Positions 14,039 to 29,591 of a stretch of DNA of 64,000 nt are shown piece by piece. Positions within the stretch are counted from its first letter, which is position 1; every line of letters begins with the position of its first letter. The position numbers were made by a program, and so were the translations under genes. Origin of the DNA: Eledone cirrhosa (taxonomy: Eukaryota); the NCBI GenBank assembly GCA_964016885.1, contig OZ024743.1, forward strand, positions 74,400,001 to 74,464,000. The letters run 5' to 3'. Under the pieces are notes generated by a model. The model did no database searches, was not told the DNA's origin, and saw only the letters and a program-made list of their open reading frames with translations.

Positions 14039-16240
14039 CTGGTGTCTTCGAAGCCGTCTACTGCAATTGACAGCAGAATGGGACAATTCCCAATTCTGCA
14101 GGTAAGGGCGTTGTAACGCTGATCAGGAAAGACGAGAACAAGAGGGACGAAATAAACAATTTCAGGCCCATAACTCTGCTCAACACAGAGTTAAAGATTT
14201 TGGCCAAGGTGCTAGCAACGAGGCTGGCGCTTGTCGTCGAAAACCTGGTAGGGAAAGCGCAAACGTGTGAAATCCCGACCAGGTCCATACACGACAACCT
14301 CCACCTGATGCGATACATCATAGAGAGGGTGATGTGTAAACCCGGCTTCGGTGGGGCTCTGATCAATTTAGATCAGTCTAAGGCATTCGATAGGGTCGAC
14401 CATCGATACTTGGAAGCGGTTCTCAAGGCGGCCGGTTTCGGTCCCGTTTTCAGAGGCTGGATCAAGGCGATGCACACCAGCATCTGCTCGAAGGTCATGG
14501 TGAACGGCTACCTATCGGAGCTGTTCGCAAAAACGCGTTCCATTCGATAGGGATGTCCTCTCTTCTCCATTCTGTATGTATTGACTTTAGAGCCACTACT
14601 GCGGAAGTTGGAGCTTTTGCAGGGCATCCCTTTAGAACCGGGACTGCGAAAAGCGGCGTAGGCTTAAGGCGACGACGTGACGGTCCGGAAATCCAGGTAA
14701 TCGGCAACCTACTACAGGGATACAAAAGATTCACAGGAGCAAAACTGAACCCGGACAAGTCTGTCGGTTTGCAACTTGGAACGTGGAGAGGCAAACCGAT
14801 GCCGTCCGACAGTCTCGTCGGACGCTGGACGGAAGGACCGGTGAAATTGCTCGGGGTCTGGTTCGGTCCAGACCTCCAGGTGGAGAAAAACTGGAACGAG
14901 GTCATGGCCAAAGTATTTGCGCTCACACAGAAGTGGGCAGAGTGCAAACTGTCTTTGAAGGGTCGAGCGGAGGTGGCGAACACTTTCATAGCGTCCGCCA
15001 TCTACTACTGCTTGACTGTCTTGCCTTGTCCCCGTGAATACCTCACCAAGATGGAACGCATGCTCTTCCAGTTACTGTGGAAGAAGCAAGCTCCATTGGT
15101 GAGGAGGTCCGTCTGCTGTCAACACTCTTCCAACGGAGTGCTGGGCATGCCGTGGCTAATGATACGCAGACATGTGCTGAGGCTACGGCATCTCCAGGTA
15201 TTCCTCACCGACCAACCGGTGTGGGCACTGTTTGTGAGACAGGCCTTCCCACAACTTGTCTCGCTGACGGAGCTGCAGTCCTGGGTCAAGCGAAGACCGC
15301 AGAAGATGCGCACAGGCCACATTGAATGCGCCCAGGCGTTCACAGTCCTCTGTACAGCGGGCAAAGCAATCAGTGGAGACTCCACTTCGACATTCTATAG
15401 AGGGTTAGTACTTTACAAGTGCGACGACGTGCTCGGGGAGACTCTCAGTCTGTTCGGTAGGACTTTCCGCCCGGGACCTATGGACAACTTCCAGAGGTCC
15501 CTCGCCTGGCCGTGCTACCATGAGCTCTACCCGTTCGAGACAAGATTTACAGGCATGGACGCCCCGGCAGGGATCCTTCCAAGAGGACGTGTCCAAGATA
15601 CGAGCAGGACATTGAAACCGTCTTGCACGCAATTGTACACTGCTCGGGCGTAACCGACCTGTGGAACTATGCAGAACAACTGCTGTCGCGTATGGGACAA
15701 ATCCAGTTGACTGCCGAGTCCATAGTAAGGATCAAACGGCCAGCCTCTTTCAAAAACGAAAGAGAGGCAGTTTTCCTCTGTACTGTGGCTATGGTGAAAG
15801 AGGTTATATGGTGGACGAGATTGAGAGGACTGAGGACAGATGCCTTTCTCTCCGGACAACAATTGATTCCCTTCTTTAAGTATCACTTTAGAAGGAGAAT
15901 CAGAGTGGAGAGAGAGGCACTGCACCCCAGTAAATTTACTGAAAGGTGGGTGAATGAAGCGAAAATGGCCCGAGTGTTGGGCCTTCTCTGTTTATAAGCC
16001 TGTAGGATAAAGAAGAGAGCAAAAGGAAGAAAGGAGCACTTGCACAACACGCTCATGGAGTTGAGGGTTGTTCTATCGACGGGGTATTGAACAGCCCATT
16101 TGTGGCGCCTACTCCCTATTGGGGATTTCGATTGTTATAATTGTTTGTTTCAATGTTTTTACACGACTGTATGTAAAAAACCCGGCATGTATCTTTGTAT
16201 TGTCCTCTTTTCTTGTGCGCCCTTGTGGCAAATAAAGAAA
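14039..16240 (+). mobile_element. 5'-truncated Tx1-type (L1 clade) LINE; RT pseudogene with stops and frameshifts
   Basis: RT motifs NFRPITLLNTELKILAKVLATRL and LDQSKAFDRVDH, then AKLNPDKS, KLLGVWF, LSLKGRAEV and a C-terminal zinc-knuckle remnant (ETVLHAIVHC). AATAAA then (TCTA)n. Confidence 0.92.
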
Positions 16241-16859
16241 TCTATCTATTACCTATCTATCTCTCTATCTATCTGTCTGTCTATTTATCAATCTATCTAT
16301 CTGTTTATCAATCTGTCTGTCTGTTTGTCTGTCTATCTTTCATTTTATCTAGTTATTGTTTATTTTTCTCACTATGTCGTCCTCTCCTTCTGTTGCCTGT
16401 TTTTCTAATCCTTTCATATTTCTCATAACTTCTCAATATTTATATTTCTCGCACTTTTGCTCTTTCCTGGTTTCTCTCTTACACACACTCTCTCTCCCCT
16501 CTCTCCCTCCTTTCTCTCCACCTCTCTCACCCCTCTTTCTCTCCACTTCGCTTTCCCCCCTTTCTCTCAACCTCGCCCCCCCCCCCCCTCTCACCATCTC
16601 TCTCCCCCCTCTTTCTCTCCATCTCTTTCTCTCCATCTCTTTCTCTCCATCTCTCTCTCTCCATCTCTCTCTCTCACATAAATATCTGGAGGTTTTCTCT
16701 AATTATTTAGTAATTTCTCCTTAAAACAATTTTATCTGTCGGCTGGGCCTTCGTCGCTATCTGCGTCGAGTGTCCTAGCTGTTCAAATAACAAAGCAGCC
16801 TTCTCACAAAATTAATGTGTAAGTGACTACCCATTCCAAATTCACATCCATCGTTAACG

Positions 16860-17150
16860 TATTTCTCAGGGAGATTCAATGTGACAGTGAGTGACAAGGT
16901 TGTCCCTTTCTCAGGGAGATTCAATGTAACAGTGAGTGACAAGGCTGGCCATTTCTCAGGGAGATTCAATGTGACATTGAGTGACAAGGCTGGTTCTTTG
17001 ACTTACAGGTACAACGTATTACAGCTCACTGAGTGGACTGGAGCAACGTGAAATAAAATGTCTTGCTCAAGAACACAAGGATGTGCCGGGAATTGAACTC
17101 ACGACTTTACGTTCGTCACCCGAGTACCCCAACCACCGAGTCACGTGTTT
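16860..17150 (-). mobile_element. tRNA-derived SINE with a triplicated ~45-bp 3' unit
   Basis: GAGCAACGTGAAATAAAATGTCTTGCTCAAG and GAATTGAACTC as in 11366-11435. TTTCTCAGGGAGATTCAATGTGACAGTGAGTGACAAGG occurs x3. Confidence 0.7.
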
Positions 17151-17196
17151 TCATACTTTTATCTTTATCACCCTCTGCTTCCCTTTCTTTTTCATT

Positions 17197-18062
17197 GTTG
17201 GGTGACATACTCTACCTAATTCCATTAGTTGGGTGACATTATCTGCCTAATTTCATTAGTTGGGTGACATTATCTGCCTAATTTCATTAGTTGGGTGATA
17301 TTCTCTGCCTAATCTCATTAGTTGGGTGATATTCTCTGCCTAATTCCATTAGTTGGGTGATATTCTCTACCTAATTCCATTAGTTGGGTGACATTCTCTG
17401 CCTAATCTCATTAGTTGGGTGACATACTCTACCTAATTCCATTAGTTGGGTGACATTCTCTACCTAATTCCATTAGTTGGGTGACATACTCTACCTAATT
17501 CCATTAGTTGGGTGACATACTCTACCTAATTCCATTAGTTGGGTGACATTCTCTGCCTAATTCCATTAGTTGGGTGACATTATCTGCCTAATCTCATTAG
17601 TTGGGTGACATACTCTACCTAATTCCATTAGTTGGGTGACATTCTCTGCCTAATTCCATTAGTTGGGTGACATTATCTGCCTAATTTCATTAGTTGGGTG
17701 ACATTCTCTGCCTAATTTCATTAGTTGGGTGATATTCTCTACCTAATTCCATTAGTTGGGTGACATTCTCTGCCTAATTCCATTAGTTGGGTGACATTCT
17801 CTGCCTAATCTCATTAGTTGGGTGATATTCTCTACCTAATTTCATTAGTTGGGTGACATTATCTGCCTAATTTCATTAGTTGGGTGATATTCTCTACCTA
17901 ATTCCATTAGTTGGGTGACATTCTCTGCCTAATCTCATTAGTTGGGTGATATTCTCTACCTAATTTCATTAGTTGGGTGACATTATCTGCCTAATTTCAT
18001 TAGTTGGGTGATATTCTCTACCTAATTCCATTAGTTGGGTGACATTCTCTGCCTAATTTCAT
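17197..18062. repeat. 31-bp minisatellite, ~28 copies
   Basis: Unit TTGGGTGA(C/T)AT(T/A)(C/A)TCT(G/A)CCTAAT(T/C)(C/T)CATTAG with no spacers. Confidence 0.95.
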
Positions 18063-18421
18063 TCAATTTCTTTCATTCCTTCCATCTTATTATTTTCTTT
18101 ATTTATTATTTATTTTTCTTCAGTAATTAAATGTTCATTTTTTCCTATCACGAAAACACCCATAGACGTACATACACTCGTATGTAGACACGTACATTCT
18201 AATATACATGATGATGATGGCCGCAACTCGATGTAGAGTAATGCCATCGCTTGATACCTAAGCATGTGTATCACGGACGTGGCCTTTTAGTCCAGCTAGG
18301 GACATGCCTGTGGCCAGCAATACTATTCATCACAAAAAAGGTCACATAACAAGCGATGCCTGTGAGGAAAGACTTTGCATGAGGTCAATCTCACTCTCTG
18401 GACATCGAATGTATTTACATC

Positions 18422-18457
<36 letters not shown>

Positions 18458-18772
18458 CACACACATGCACACATACACACACACATGCACACACACCCAC
18501 ACACACATACATACAAATATACATACACGTGATGATGGATCTAGAGTAGGTTTCCGCGAATAGTGACACTGTTATTCCATCAACAGACCTAATGACTATT
18601 ATATATGGTGTTAGTGGCTGAGCATTCCACAGCCATATGTCTCCTTAATGTAACCCTTGGATAGATAGTTTCAGAGAGAATCCTGACCTCTTATTATTTC
18701 CGTCCAACAAATTTTTATCACATGGTTCGTAAAATCTTAATGAAAGACATTCTATAATATGTATTCTTCTTC

Positions 18773-19120
18773 GCCCACTTATTCCTGAAAGGATCATGGG
18801 GTGGGGAGTCCTCAAACACTCCTTCCAGTGAGTCCTGTTAAATGTAACCATTTTTGGCTGGATCCCCAAGCGAGACCAGCCGAGCAGCCGAAATGGGGTT
18901 CCTCTGAAGGGTCTTTGGAGCAACGTTACTCAATAGAGTACATGACTCGGAGATCAGAGAGTCACTCCATGTAGAGCCGCTACTTCTCCGAATTGAGAAA
19001 TCACAGCTCCGATTCTATGGGCATGTGGTTAGAATGTCTCAGGAAAGAATCGCTGGACGGAGACCCACGGGTAGATCCGAGCAAGATGGTGGAATAACAT
19101 CCATGAGCTCGGCTGGTCTT
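18773..19120. mobile_element. RTE-like 3' fragments in two orientations (18773-18900 minus, 18920-19120 plus)
   Basis: Similarity to 6520-6800 and 27290-27640. Confidence 0.65.
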
Positions 19121-19714
19121 TCATAAGATGATGGTTGGTTAATATAATGTCTCCACTAGCAATACAAAAATAATTACACAAGGATTACAGGGAAATCCTT
19201 TAAGTATGACCAGCTCCAGAACAACAGTTCGGTCTGTTATTGTCAATTGGACAATATGGATTCGTTTTATTTTGTAGTAGAGCTATGTAAGCATACAAAA
19301 AAAGAGAGCAGCATTGGAAAGGACTATAACTACCATAAATAAGAGGAAAAGTAAGATCTACTAGAGGAGGGAGGAAGGGGAGAGGGTGACAGACTCTACA
19401 CCTAAGTCAGACCGGTGCTTCGGCTCTGTTTGAAAAGCATGATTGACAACTGAGAGATGTAAAATATATCACCAGTAAGTTATGGTTAGTGTTATGTAAG
19501 CACAACCACTTAAGTTTCTGCTTCATAGAAAAGCTCCATTTACTTAAGTTATTCGTTGAGAATTTTGAAGAAGTCATTTCTGATGTGTGACAGACGGGAA
19601 CCGTCAAACTACGTCACCCACATCCAGAACTTAAACCAACCTTTTACTTTCAAACTGACAGTCTGTCGTCTGAACGAATCTGTTGTGATGTGTGAATCCT
19701 CATTATGTCACATT

Positions 19715-19905
19715 GGGGGATTGGCAGTATCGGTAGAAGGTCGGACGCCATGCTTTGCAGCAAAGAGTTATGTCCTTGCCATTCTGAGTTTAAATCCTGC
19801 CGAGGTTAACTTTGCCTTTCATCCTTACGGGTTCGATAAAATAAAGTACCAGTAATGCACTGGTTAATTGCTGGCCTTGTGCCTAAAGTAGAAACAATTA
19901 TTTAA
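19715..19905 (+). mobile_element. SINE
   Basis: Same family as 10697-10920. Confidence 0.8.
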
Positions 19906-19967
19906 CACACATATATACATATATATATATATACAAATATATATACATATATATATATATATATATT

Positions 19968-20016
<49 letters not shown>

Positions 20017-20017
20017 T

Positions 20018-20224
20018 TGTGAAGGCTGAGTGGTTAGAGAATTGGATTCGCAATCGTGAGGTTGTCAGTTCGATTCCTGGACCAGGCGATGCGTTATGTC
20101 CTTGAGACAGGCATTTTATTTCACGTTGCTCCTTCTACCTGGAGTTGCAGTTGATAGATAGTATTAGCAACTGGAAAGACCAATGGAAACATTGTGTCCT
20201 CGGTCCAATTTGACGAAAGTCGAT
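20018..20224 (+). mobile_element. Chimeric SINE: tRNA head plus structured tail, ends in (TA)n
   Basis: GGCTGAGTGGTTAGAG...GTTCGATTCC...CACGTTGCTCC-TTCTACCTGGAGTTGC...GACGAAAGTCGA-(TA)n. Confidence 0.75.
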
Positions 20225-20235
20225 ATATATATATA

Positions 20236-20416
20236 TATTAATAAAAGTTCGGAGGCCATATTCAGTTGAGTCAGGTTTATTTATCTTTTTAGAAAACTGT
20301 TTATCTTAGGTTTTGCCGTCTGAAGAGCTCGGGCTATCATGACTGATAGTCCTCATTGAAATATGTTTTCAATAAACCTGAATCAATTGAATATAGCCGC
20401 CGATCTTTTATTAATA
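20236..20416. mobile_element. Inverted-repeat PLE-end element (arms 20236-20282 / 20371-20416) with partial HHR core
   Basis: ~46-bp inverted repeat. Spacer has CTGAAGA-GCTC-GGGCTATCA-tgac-TGATAGTCC-TCATT-GAAA, but stem I is not evident. Confidence 0.6.
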
Positions 20417-20510
20417 TATAATGCTCCGTCTTGTACCATTTATACAGGTCGTTGAGCGCTTCTTCACAACCGCCAGACCAGGGTGTGATCTGCACATCCA
20501 TGTATTGTTA

Positions 20511-20626
<116 letters not shown>

Positions 20627-20789
20627 CCAGAGATAAGACTAACATAGAAATCACCGTGAACTCGCTGCATCACTATAGAAGCGTCTTGTTGAGTCAAACT
20701 AAGCCATACGTTAATACCATCCACAACACAGAGTACTCTAACTGGACTACCCCTAAGTGGATTGCCTATAACGATAACTTGTTATCCCG

Positions 20790-20931
<142 letters not shown>

Positions 20932-20960
20932 AAAAACCACAGACCCTCCATCTCAACTCT

Positions 20961-20998
20961 ACTTTTGAAAAGCAGAAGAACTGCGAAACCGGTAAAGG
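20961..20998 (+). ncRNA. Hammerhead U3-A8 variant (F3)
   Basis: ACTT-TTGAAAA-GCAG-aagaa-CTGC-GAAA-CCGG-TA-AAGG. Confidence 0.65.
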
Positions 20999-21129
20999 AA
21001 CCAAATAAATGTATATATTTATTTTTAAAATAAGACTCCAGTTGGATTTTCGATTTCATCTTTTTTTCTTTATATATATATATATATCTGTTTGGATTGC
21101 CTCGGGAACGTAACCTTATTATATAAGAA

Positions 21130-21204
21130 GCTGTCTGATGATGTCACGGCACTGGGTACACGGATTCGTGTAGCCACTGTCGTCATTGAAATATGTATCG
21201 CAGC
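21130..21204 (+). ncRNA. Type I hammerhead motif, extended stem II
   Basis: GCTGT-CTGATGA-TGTC-ACGGCA-c-TGG-g-TACACG-gatt-CGTGTA-g-CCA-c-TGTCGT-CATT-GAAA-TATGTA-TC-GCAGC, followed by AATAAA. Confidence 0.72.
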
Positions 21205-21331
21205 ATTACCAATAAAGGACCTTAACATCTGAAACTACTTCACATTTTCTCATTCTAAATATACTCCGTTTTTTGTATGTGGAAAATGTGCATCGAGTGG
21301 TTGATTTTAATTGCATCAATATTTGCCATAA

Positions 21332-21664
<333 letters not shown>

Positions 21665-21731
21665 CAACACGCAACCTACTACTATTCTTGTATAAGTTGT
21701 CTCTCAGATATGAGGAGCAGTGATATGAATA

Positions 21732-22988
<1,257 letters not shown>

Positions 22989-22993
<5 letters not shown>

Positions 22994-23351
22994 GTGAGGT
23001 TTTTTTTTTTTTTTACAAAATGAAAAATAACCGGGGTGTCCTACACGAGTGAAAGTATAAAGAAAAAGAGATGAAATCGAAAATGCAACTGAAGTCTTAT
23101 TTTTAAAAAAAATATATATATTTATTTGGTTCCTTTACCGGTTTCGCAGTTCTTCTGCTTTTCAAAAGGTGAGTTGAGATGGAGGGTCTGTGGTTTTTCT
23201 CACATCAGATGTGAGAAAAACCACAGACCCTCCATCTCAACTCTACTTTTGAAAAGCAGAAGAACTGCGAAACCGGTAAAGGAACCAAATAAATATATAT
23301 ATTTAAAAAAAAAATAAGACTCCAGTTGCATTTTCGATTTCATCTTTTTTT

Positions 23352-23356
<5 letters not shown>
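22989..23356. mobile_element. Spacerless palindromic PLE-end element F3 with two opposed U3-A8 HHRs (23132-23169 minus, 23245-23282 plus)
   Basis: ~150-bp arms meeting at TTTTTCTCACATC-A-GATGTGAGAAAAA. Confidence 0.8.
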
Positions 23357-23436
<80 letters not shown>

Positions 23437-23500
23437 CATATATACATACATACGTACATACATACATACATACATACATACATACATACACATATATATA

Positions 23501-23536
<36 letters not shown>

Positions 23537-23540
<4 letters not shown>

Positions 23541-23772
23541 TAGTATATTTGGCAATATACTGTATGTTCAATTAAAAACATTTAGAAGATCATTCGCTAT
23601 GAGTGAATATGTCACTTACTTAAACTCGGAGATTAAGTAAGTGACATAGTCACTACTTTAAAACTCATAGCGAATGATCTTCTAAATGTTTTTAATTAAA
23701 CATACGGTATATTGCCAAATATACTATACATACATTCATGTATACATCGCTATTTCAGAGCATCAATACTAA

Positions 23773-23829
<57 letters not shown>

Positions 23830-24029
23830 TAACAGATTAAAGTTTAAGCGAAGAATCGCTGCTTTCACCCTTAACGGGATCTTCTGGAACTAACAAAGTC
23901 AATCTGTAAACGCAGAAGTGGATATTTCAAAAAACGTTGCAACCAGAGGAAGACAGGAAGACGATACTTTGGTTCGTGGAAACGTTCGCTGGCAAAGAAC
24001 GGGAAAAAAGTCTTCAAATTTATTATTAT

Positions 24030-24098
<69 letters not shown>

Positions 24099-24522
24099 CA
24101 TATATACATACATACATACATACATACATACATACATACATACATACATACACACATACACACATACACACATACATACATACATACATACATACATACA
24201 TACATACATACATACATACATACATACATACATACATACATACATACATACACATATATATATCTATATATATATATATATATATATGTCTAGTATATTT
24301 GGCAATATACTGTATGTTCAATTAAAAACATTTAGAAGACCATTCGCTATGAGTGAATATGTCACTTACTTAAACTCGGAGATTAAGTAAGTGACATAGT
24401 CACTACTTTAAAACTCATAGCGAATGATCTTCTAAATGTGTTTAATTAAACATACGGTATATTGCTAAATATACTATACATACATTCATGTATACATCGC
24501 TATTTCAGAGCATCAATACTAA

Positions 24523-24561
<39 letters not shown>

Positions 24562-24763
24562 TAACAGATTAAAGTTTAAGCAAAGAATCGCTGCTTTCAC
24601 CCTTAACGGGATCTTCTGAAACTAACAAAGTCAATCTGTAAACGCAGAAGTGGATATTTCAAAAAACGTTGCAACCAGAGGAAGACAGGAAGACGATACT
24701 TTGGTTCGTGGAAACGTTCGCTGGCAAAGAACGGGAAAAAGTCTTCAAATTTATTATTATTAC
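23537..24763. repeat. Tandem duplication (offset ~750 bp) of a palindrome (23537-23730) plus an F2 PLE end (23822-24033)
   Basis: 23537-24033 is nearly identical to 24287-24763 apart from microsatellite lengths. Confidence 0.9.
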
Positions 24764-24787
<24 letters not shown>

Positions 24788-24794
<7 letters not shown>

Positions 24795-25485
24795 GTGAGG
24801 TTTTTTTTTACAAAATGAAAAATAACCGAGGTGTCCTACACGAGTGAAAGTATAAAGAAAAAGAGATGAAATCGAAAATGCAACTGAAGTCTTATTTTTA
24901 AAAAAAATATATATATTTATTTGGTTCCTTTACCGGTTTCGCAGTTCTTCTGCTTTTCAAAAGGTGAGTTGAGATGGAGGGTCTGTGGTTTTTCTCACAT
25001 CTGGTTGGTCTCTGAATGTTACTTGTTATATATGGAAAAAGTGGCTCGAAATTCCAGGTTTTTCGAGAAGTAATTTGATTGGTTTGTCAATAACTATAAT
25101 AAATTTCGCGCCAGTTCGCTTTACAATAGTTCTTCAAATAAGAGAGGGGGGGGGGGGGTTGTCACAGGTTGTTTTTTCATATATGAGTGTTTGAATTTCT
25201 TTTTACTTGAAAAAAGGAGGCTCACGAAGGCTTTTTTTTGGTTGGTTATAAATGAAATTTGGCTGTCACGTGAACAAGTTTTTATTACATTTTTGCGCCC
25301 TTATTTGGAAAACTATTCTGTAGTCTTTATAGTGAATGTTATGACAATGGAGAGATAGTGGTCAAGAGAAAAGGGATTGGGAGAAATGTTCTGGTTCAGT
25401 GAATATGGCCAGCTCGCCGGGGTGTCAGAGTTCAGATTTTCTATTGAGACTGAAGATATGTATGTTTATTTGTGTGCTTGTGTGT

Positions 25486-25524
<39 letters not shown>

Positions 25525-26625
25525 TATTGGAAGAGGATTCTATTAGTAGAGATGGGGGAGGGAGTTGTGTGTGTGTGTATATGGGTGTTATGTGTGTGTG
25601 TGCGAGTATGTTAAGATGGAGAGAATATATATTTTGTGTGTGTGTATATATATATGTGTGTAGGAAAGTGGTTCTATTAGTAGAAATGGGGAGGGAGTTG
25701 TAGGTGTGGGGTTGTTATGTGTGTGTATGGGTGTTATGTGTGTGGGTGTATGGTTAGCATGTTAAGATGAAGAGAATATAATATTGTGTGTGTGTGTATG
25801 TGTGTGTGTAGGAAAGTGATTCCTTTAGTAGGAATATTTTTGAATGAACATATTTTCCTTACTTTTTCGTGTTTGCTGTTGTATTGCCAGTGCAAACGTA
25901 TGTTAAGGTTTATTTAGTTCGGGTTTTTATTTTCTAAAGTAGAAGGTGTTATGTGTGTGTGTGTATGTCATATTGTGGTGTTGACATAATGTATATTAAA
26001 CCTTATTTAATGTTGGTCTATATTTTTGAATAAACATATTTTCCTTATTTATTCGCATTTGTTCTGTTGTATTGTTAGCGCAAAGGTAAAATGGGAAGAC
26101 TTGGAATTTGGGTGTCTTATCTCTCCATTGTCATAACATTCACTATAAAGACTACAGAATAGTTTTCCAAATAAGGGCGCAAAAATGTAATAAAAACTTG
26201 TTCACGTGACAGCCAAATTTCATTTATAACCAACCAAAAAAAAGCCTTCGTGAGCCCCCTTTTTTCAAGTAAAAAGAAATTCAAACACTCATATATGAAA
26301 AAACAACATGTGACAACCCCCCCCCCCTCTCTTATTTGAAGAACTATTGTAACGCGAACTGGCGCGAAATTTATTATAATTATTGACAAACCAATCAAAT
26401 TACTTACTTCTCGAAAAACCTGGAATTTCGAGCCACTTTTTTCATATAAAACAAGTAACATTCAGAGACCAACCAGATGTGAGAAAAACCACAGACCCTC
26501 CATCTCAACTCACCTTTTGAAAAGCAGAAGAACTGCGAAACCGGTAAAGGAACCAAATAAATATATATATTTTTTTTTAAAATAAGACTTCAGTTGCATT
26601 TTCGATTTCATCTCTTTTTCTTTAT
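24788..26625. mobile_element. PLE-derived element F3 with ~490-bp inverted arms (24851-25336 / 26117-26625) and a GT-rich decayed interior
   Basis: Arms are near-identical reverse complements. Each carries an HHR: 24927-24964 (-) and 26513-26550 (+). Confidence 0.82.
26513..26550 (+). ncRNA. Minimal type I hammerhead, U3-A8 core variant
   Basis: CCTT-TTGAAAA-GCAG-aagaa-CTGC-GAAA-CCGG-TA-AAGG. All three stems pair. Confidence 0.75.
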
Positions 26626-26809
26626 ATATATATATATATATATATAGCTAAACGACTGCAGATCTTCTCCCAAACCTTTCTCTCGTGTGGTAAACTATTC
26701 GGAAAGTTAATGAAAGTCTAAATCTTATTATAGAAGAACCAGATCCCTTTCTAAAAATTAAACCACTCTTCTCTCCCCACCCCCTCTCTCTCTCCTCACA
26801 TATAAGCAC

Positions 26810-26955
26810 TGTCATGGAATTTGCGAGAGAAAGATGACTTGCTAACTAACACTCAGGTTGACTTTCGTCCGGGAAGAATCTTTTATAGTATTATGACTAA
26901 ACACAGAAACGTCTGTTAAGCCGTTTAGATGTGATTTATCTCGACTTCAGAAAGA
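26810..26955 (+). pseudogene. Highly decayed CR1-like RT fragment
   Basis: GACTTTCGTCCGGGAAGA (FRPGR) and GATGTGATTTATCTCGACTTCAGAAAG (DVIYLDFRK). Confidence 0.5.
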
Positions 26956-27289
26956 GAAAATGATTCTATTATTTCCTTGCTAATAGTATAATATTGTCCC
27001 TGGCGTACACGTTCTATTAAGTTGCTTATTTTATGACGGTGCATCTCTTTTCATATTGTCGCGTTATTCCGTATCGTTATCCCCAACACCTGTTTTCCTC
27101 GCGTTCTCTGTTTCTTTCCCTATACCTTTGTCTTCATGTTTTATAGGCTCTTTATGACTTAAATGTCGTACATCTATTTCTATATAGGCAACGTTTGTTT
27201 TCTGTTTTGGTTTTTAGTATTGATACTTTACAGACAGCTGGTATTATATTTCTTAAAATCTTCTATCTTCTGCTTATCATGTCTTTGGC

Positions 27290-27645
27290 GTAACGTTACT
27301 CGATAGAGTGTGTAACTCGGAGATCAGAGAGTCACTCTAGGTAGAGCTACAACTTCTCCGAATTGAGAGATCACAGCTCCAATACTATGGACATGTCGTT
27401 AGAATATCTCAGGAAAGAATCACTGGACGGATTTTATGGGCAAAACCAACCGAGAGGAGCCCCAGGGTTAGACCACGAACAAGATGGCTGGTTAACATCC
27501 AAGAACTTGGCTGGTCTTGCTTGGAAATCCAGCCGGATCAATTGGAGACGGTTGCTTCTGACAGGACCCGCTGGAATTAGTGTTTGAGGATTCTGTCCCC
27601 ACGACCCACTCAGGAATAAGTGGGCGAAGGAGAAGAAAAAGAAGA
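27290..27645 (+). mobile_element. RTE-like LINE 3' end
   Basis: Homologous to 6520-6852 with a GAA-like tail. Confidence 0.7.
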
Positions 27646-29053
27646 ACCGTTTGGCAGTACAGTTCTCTGAAAGATCTCGCTTGAGAAAATAATAAAAATT
27701 CATTAACTGGGTCGATTATCGTTAGAAAATTGCCTTCATAGAAAAATCGATTGATAGGTTTGAGTGACAAGGGTTATCACACGAACAACAAGAAAAGAAA
27801 ATTAAAAGAAAGAAAACGTAACATTAAAAGTTAAAAAGGATTGAAACGCCTGTATACAAATTTATTCAGTAAACAAACACGTATTCATCAATATTCCTTG
27901 ACATCTTCTTAACTTTCAGAAATGGCCATGAACCGTCATTTCTTGAATTTCTGATATTTAGTATTTAGCTCTCGCTTCTTAAATGTCAAGATTATACGGA
28001 TTAAGTATATCAACCGGAGAGGACGTAATTCAATTAAATGTAGCTCTCTAGCTTTCTATCAATGTGTGGTAATTACATTTCAAACAATTATACTTAGGTT
28101 AGTATCTTTCTCAAAGAAAAGGCAATTGTAACACATTTCCTTGAATATCAATTCACATTTATATAGCTGAACCGAGCACGTCCGGATACATCAACTGTAA
28201 TATTTGATTAACTTGGTCTTATTACAATACATTTTAGTAATTATATTAACCACAGATAATTAGAAGTGTTTGATGATAATCATGCCTATGTATGTATGCT
28301 ATGCTCATATGTATATATATATATATATATCTGTGTGTGTATGTATACATACATATACACACACACACATAAATATATATAATCAGGAAAGAACCAGTTT
28401 AAAACTAGCTAGGGGTAGTAGATTATGGCGATATTATAAAGAATCGAGACCCAACGGCTGAGCTCTCGCCGTTTGAACAGCTAGTTCCGGAACATATCTT
28501 TCCAAACTTAGATCATTAATTATGAAGAAATAGGCCAAACATACACTCGTTAGGATCATTCTGAATATTATGTAGGTGTGATCCTCGCCATTACTGTGGA
28601 ACAATACATCGCCTGGTTCAAAACCGCATCCAATAGACAACGAAAATGATGTCCTTACAGTCGGATATAAATAACCTCCCCACATCAAAACACTATCGCT
28701 TGTAAAAATATGTCTTCATTAGGAATACCTTTCTAAATATCACACTAGACTTGGCCATTTTGTTTTTACTACCCGCACCAAATACTAATAAAATATTTAA
28801 ACTACAAACATTTATTCAAATAACTTAGGAATACAATCAACTATAAAGTACCTCAAATATTTTGTAGGTCCTCATATATTTCCTGAAATAGACGAATATT
28901 TCCTGACTACAAGATATACTACCTAAACATGGGTGTAAGCAGACAAATCTAGACCCAAAATGTACATATAGCAACAGCATAAGATCGTTAGTTGGTTTAC
29001 AAGGAACACATACACCCAACCCACCCCGATATTAGTACTATATATGCATATTA

Positions 29054-29194
<141 letters not shown>

Positions 29195-29195
29195 C

Positions 29196-29246
<51 letters not shown>

Positions 29247-29251
29247 CATAC

Positions 29252-29329
<78 letters not shown>

Positions 29330-29347
29330 AGAGAGTATTTATGTATG

Positions 29348-29389
<42 letters not shown>

Positions 29390-29591
29390 TGTATAATTAT
29401 CTATTTAATTATGCATGTGTGTGAATGTGTATTTATATATGTAACGATATGTTTAAATATATATATATGAGTGTATATTCATTTATTTATATATATATGT
29501 GTGAGTGTGTGTGTATTTATGTATTATATATGTGTATATATGAATGTCTATTTATATATTTACATATATATGTGTGTGTGTGTGTGTGTAT

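Noticed and set aside
14553-15653. 366-aa ORF as an intact gene
   Set aside because: Fragment of a Tx1 LINE ORF2 with an upstream stop, frameshifts and a damaged YADD region.
17197-18062. CRISPR-like 31-bp repeats
   Set aside because: Head-to-tail with no spacers, no cas genes, eukaryotic context.
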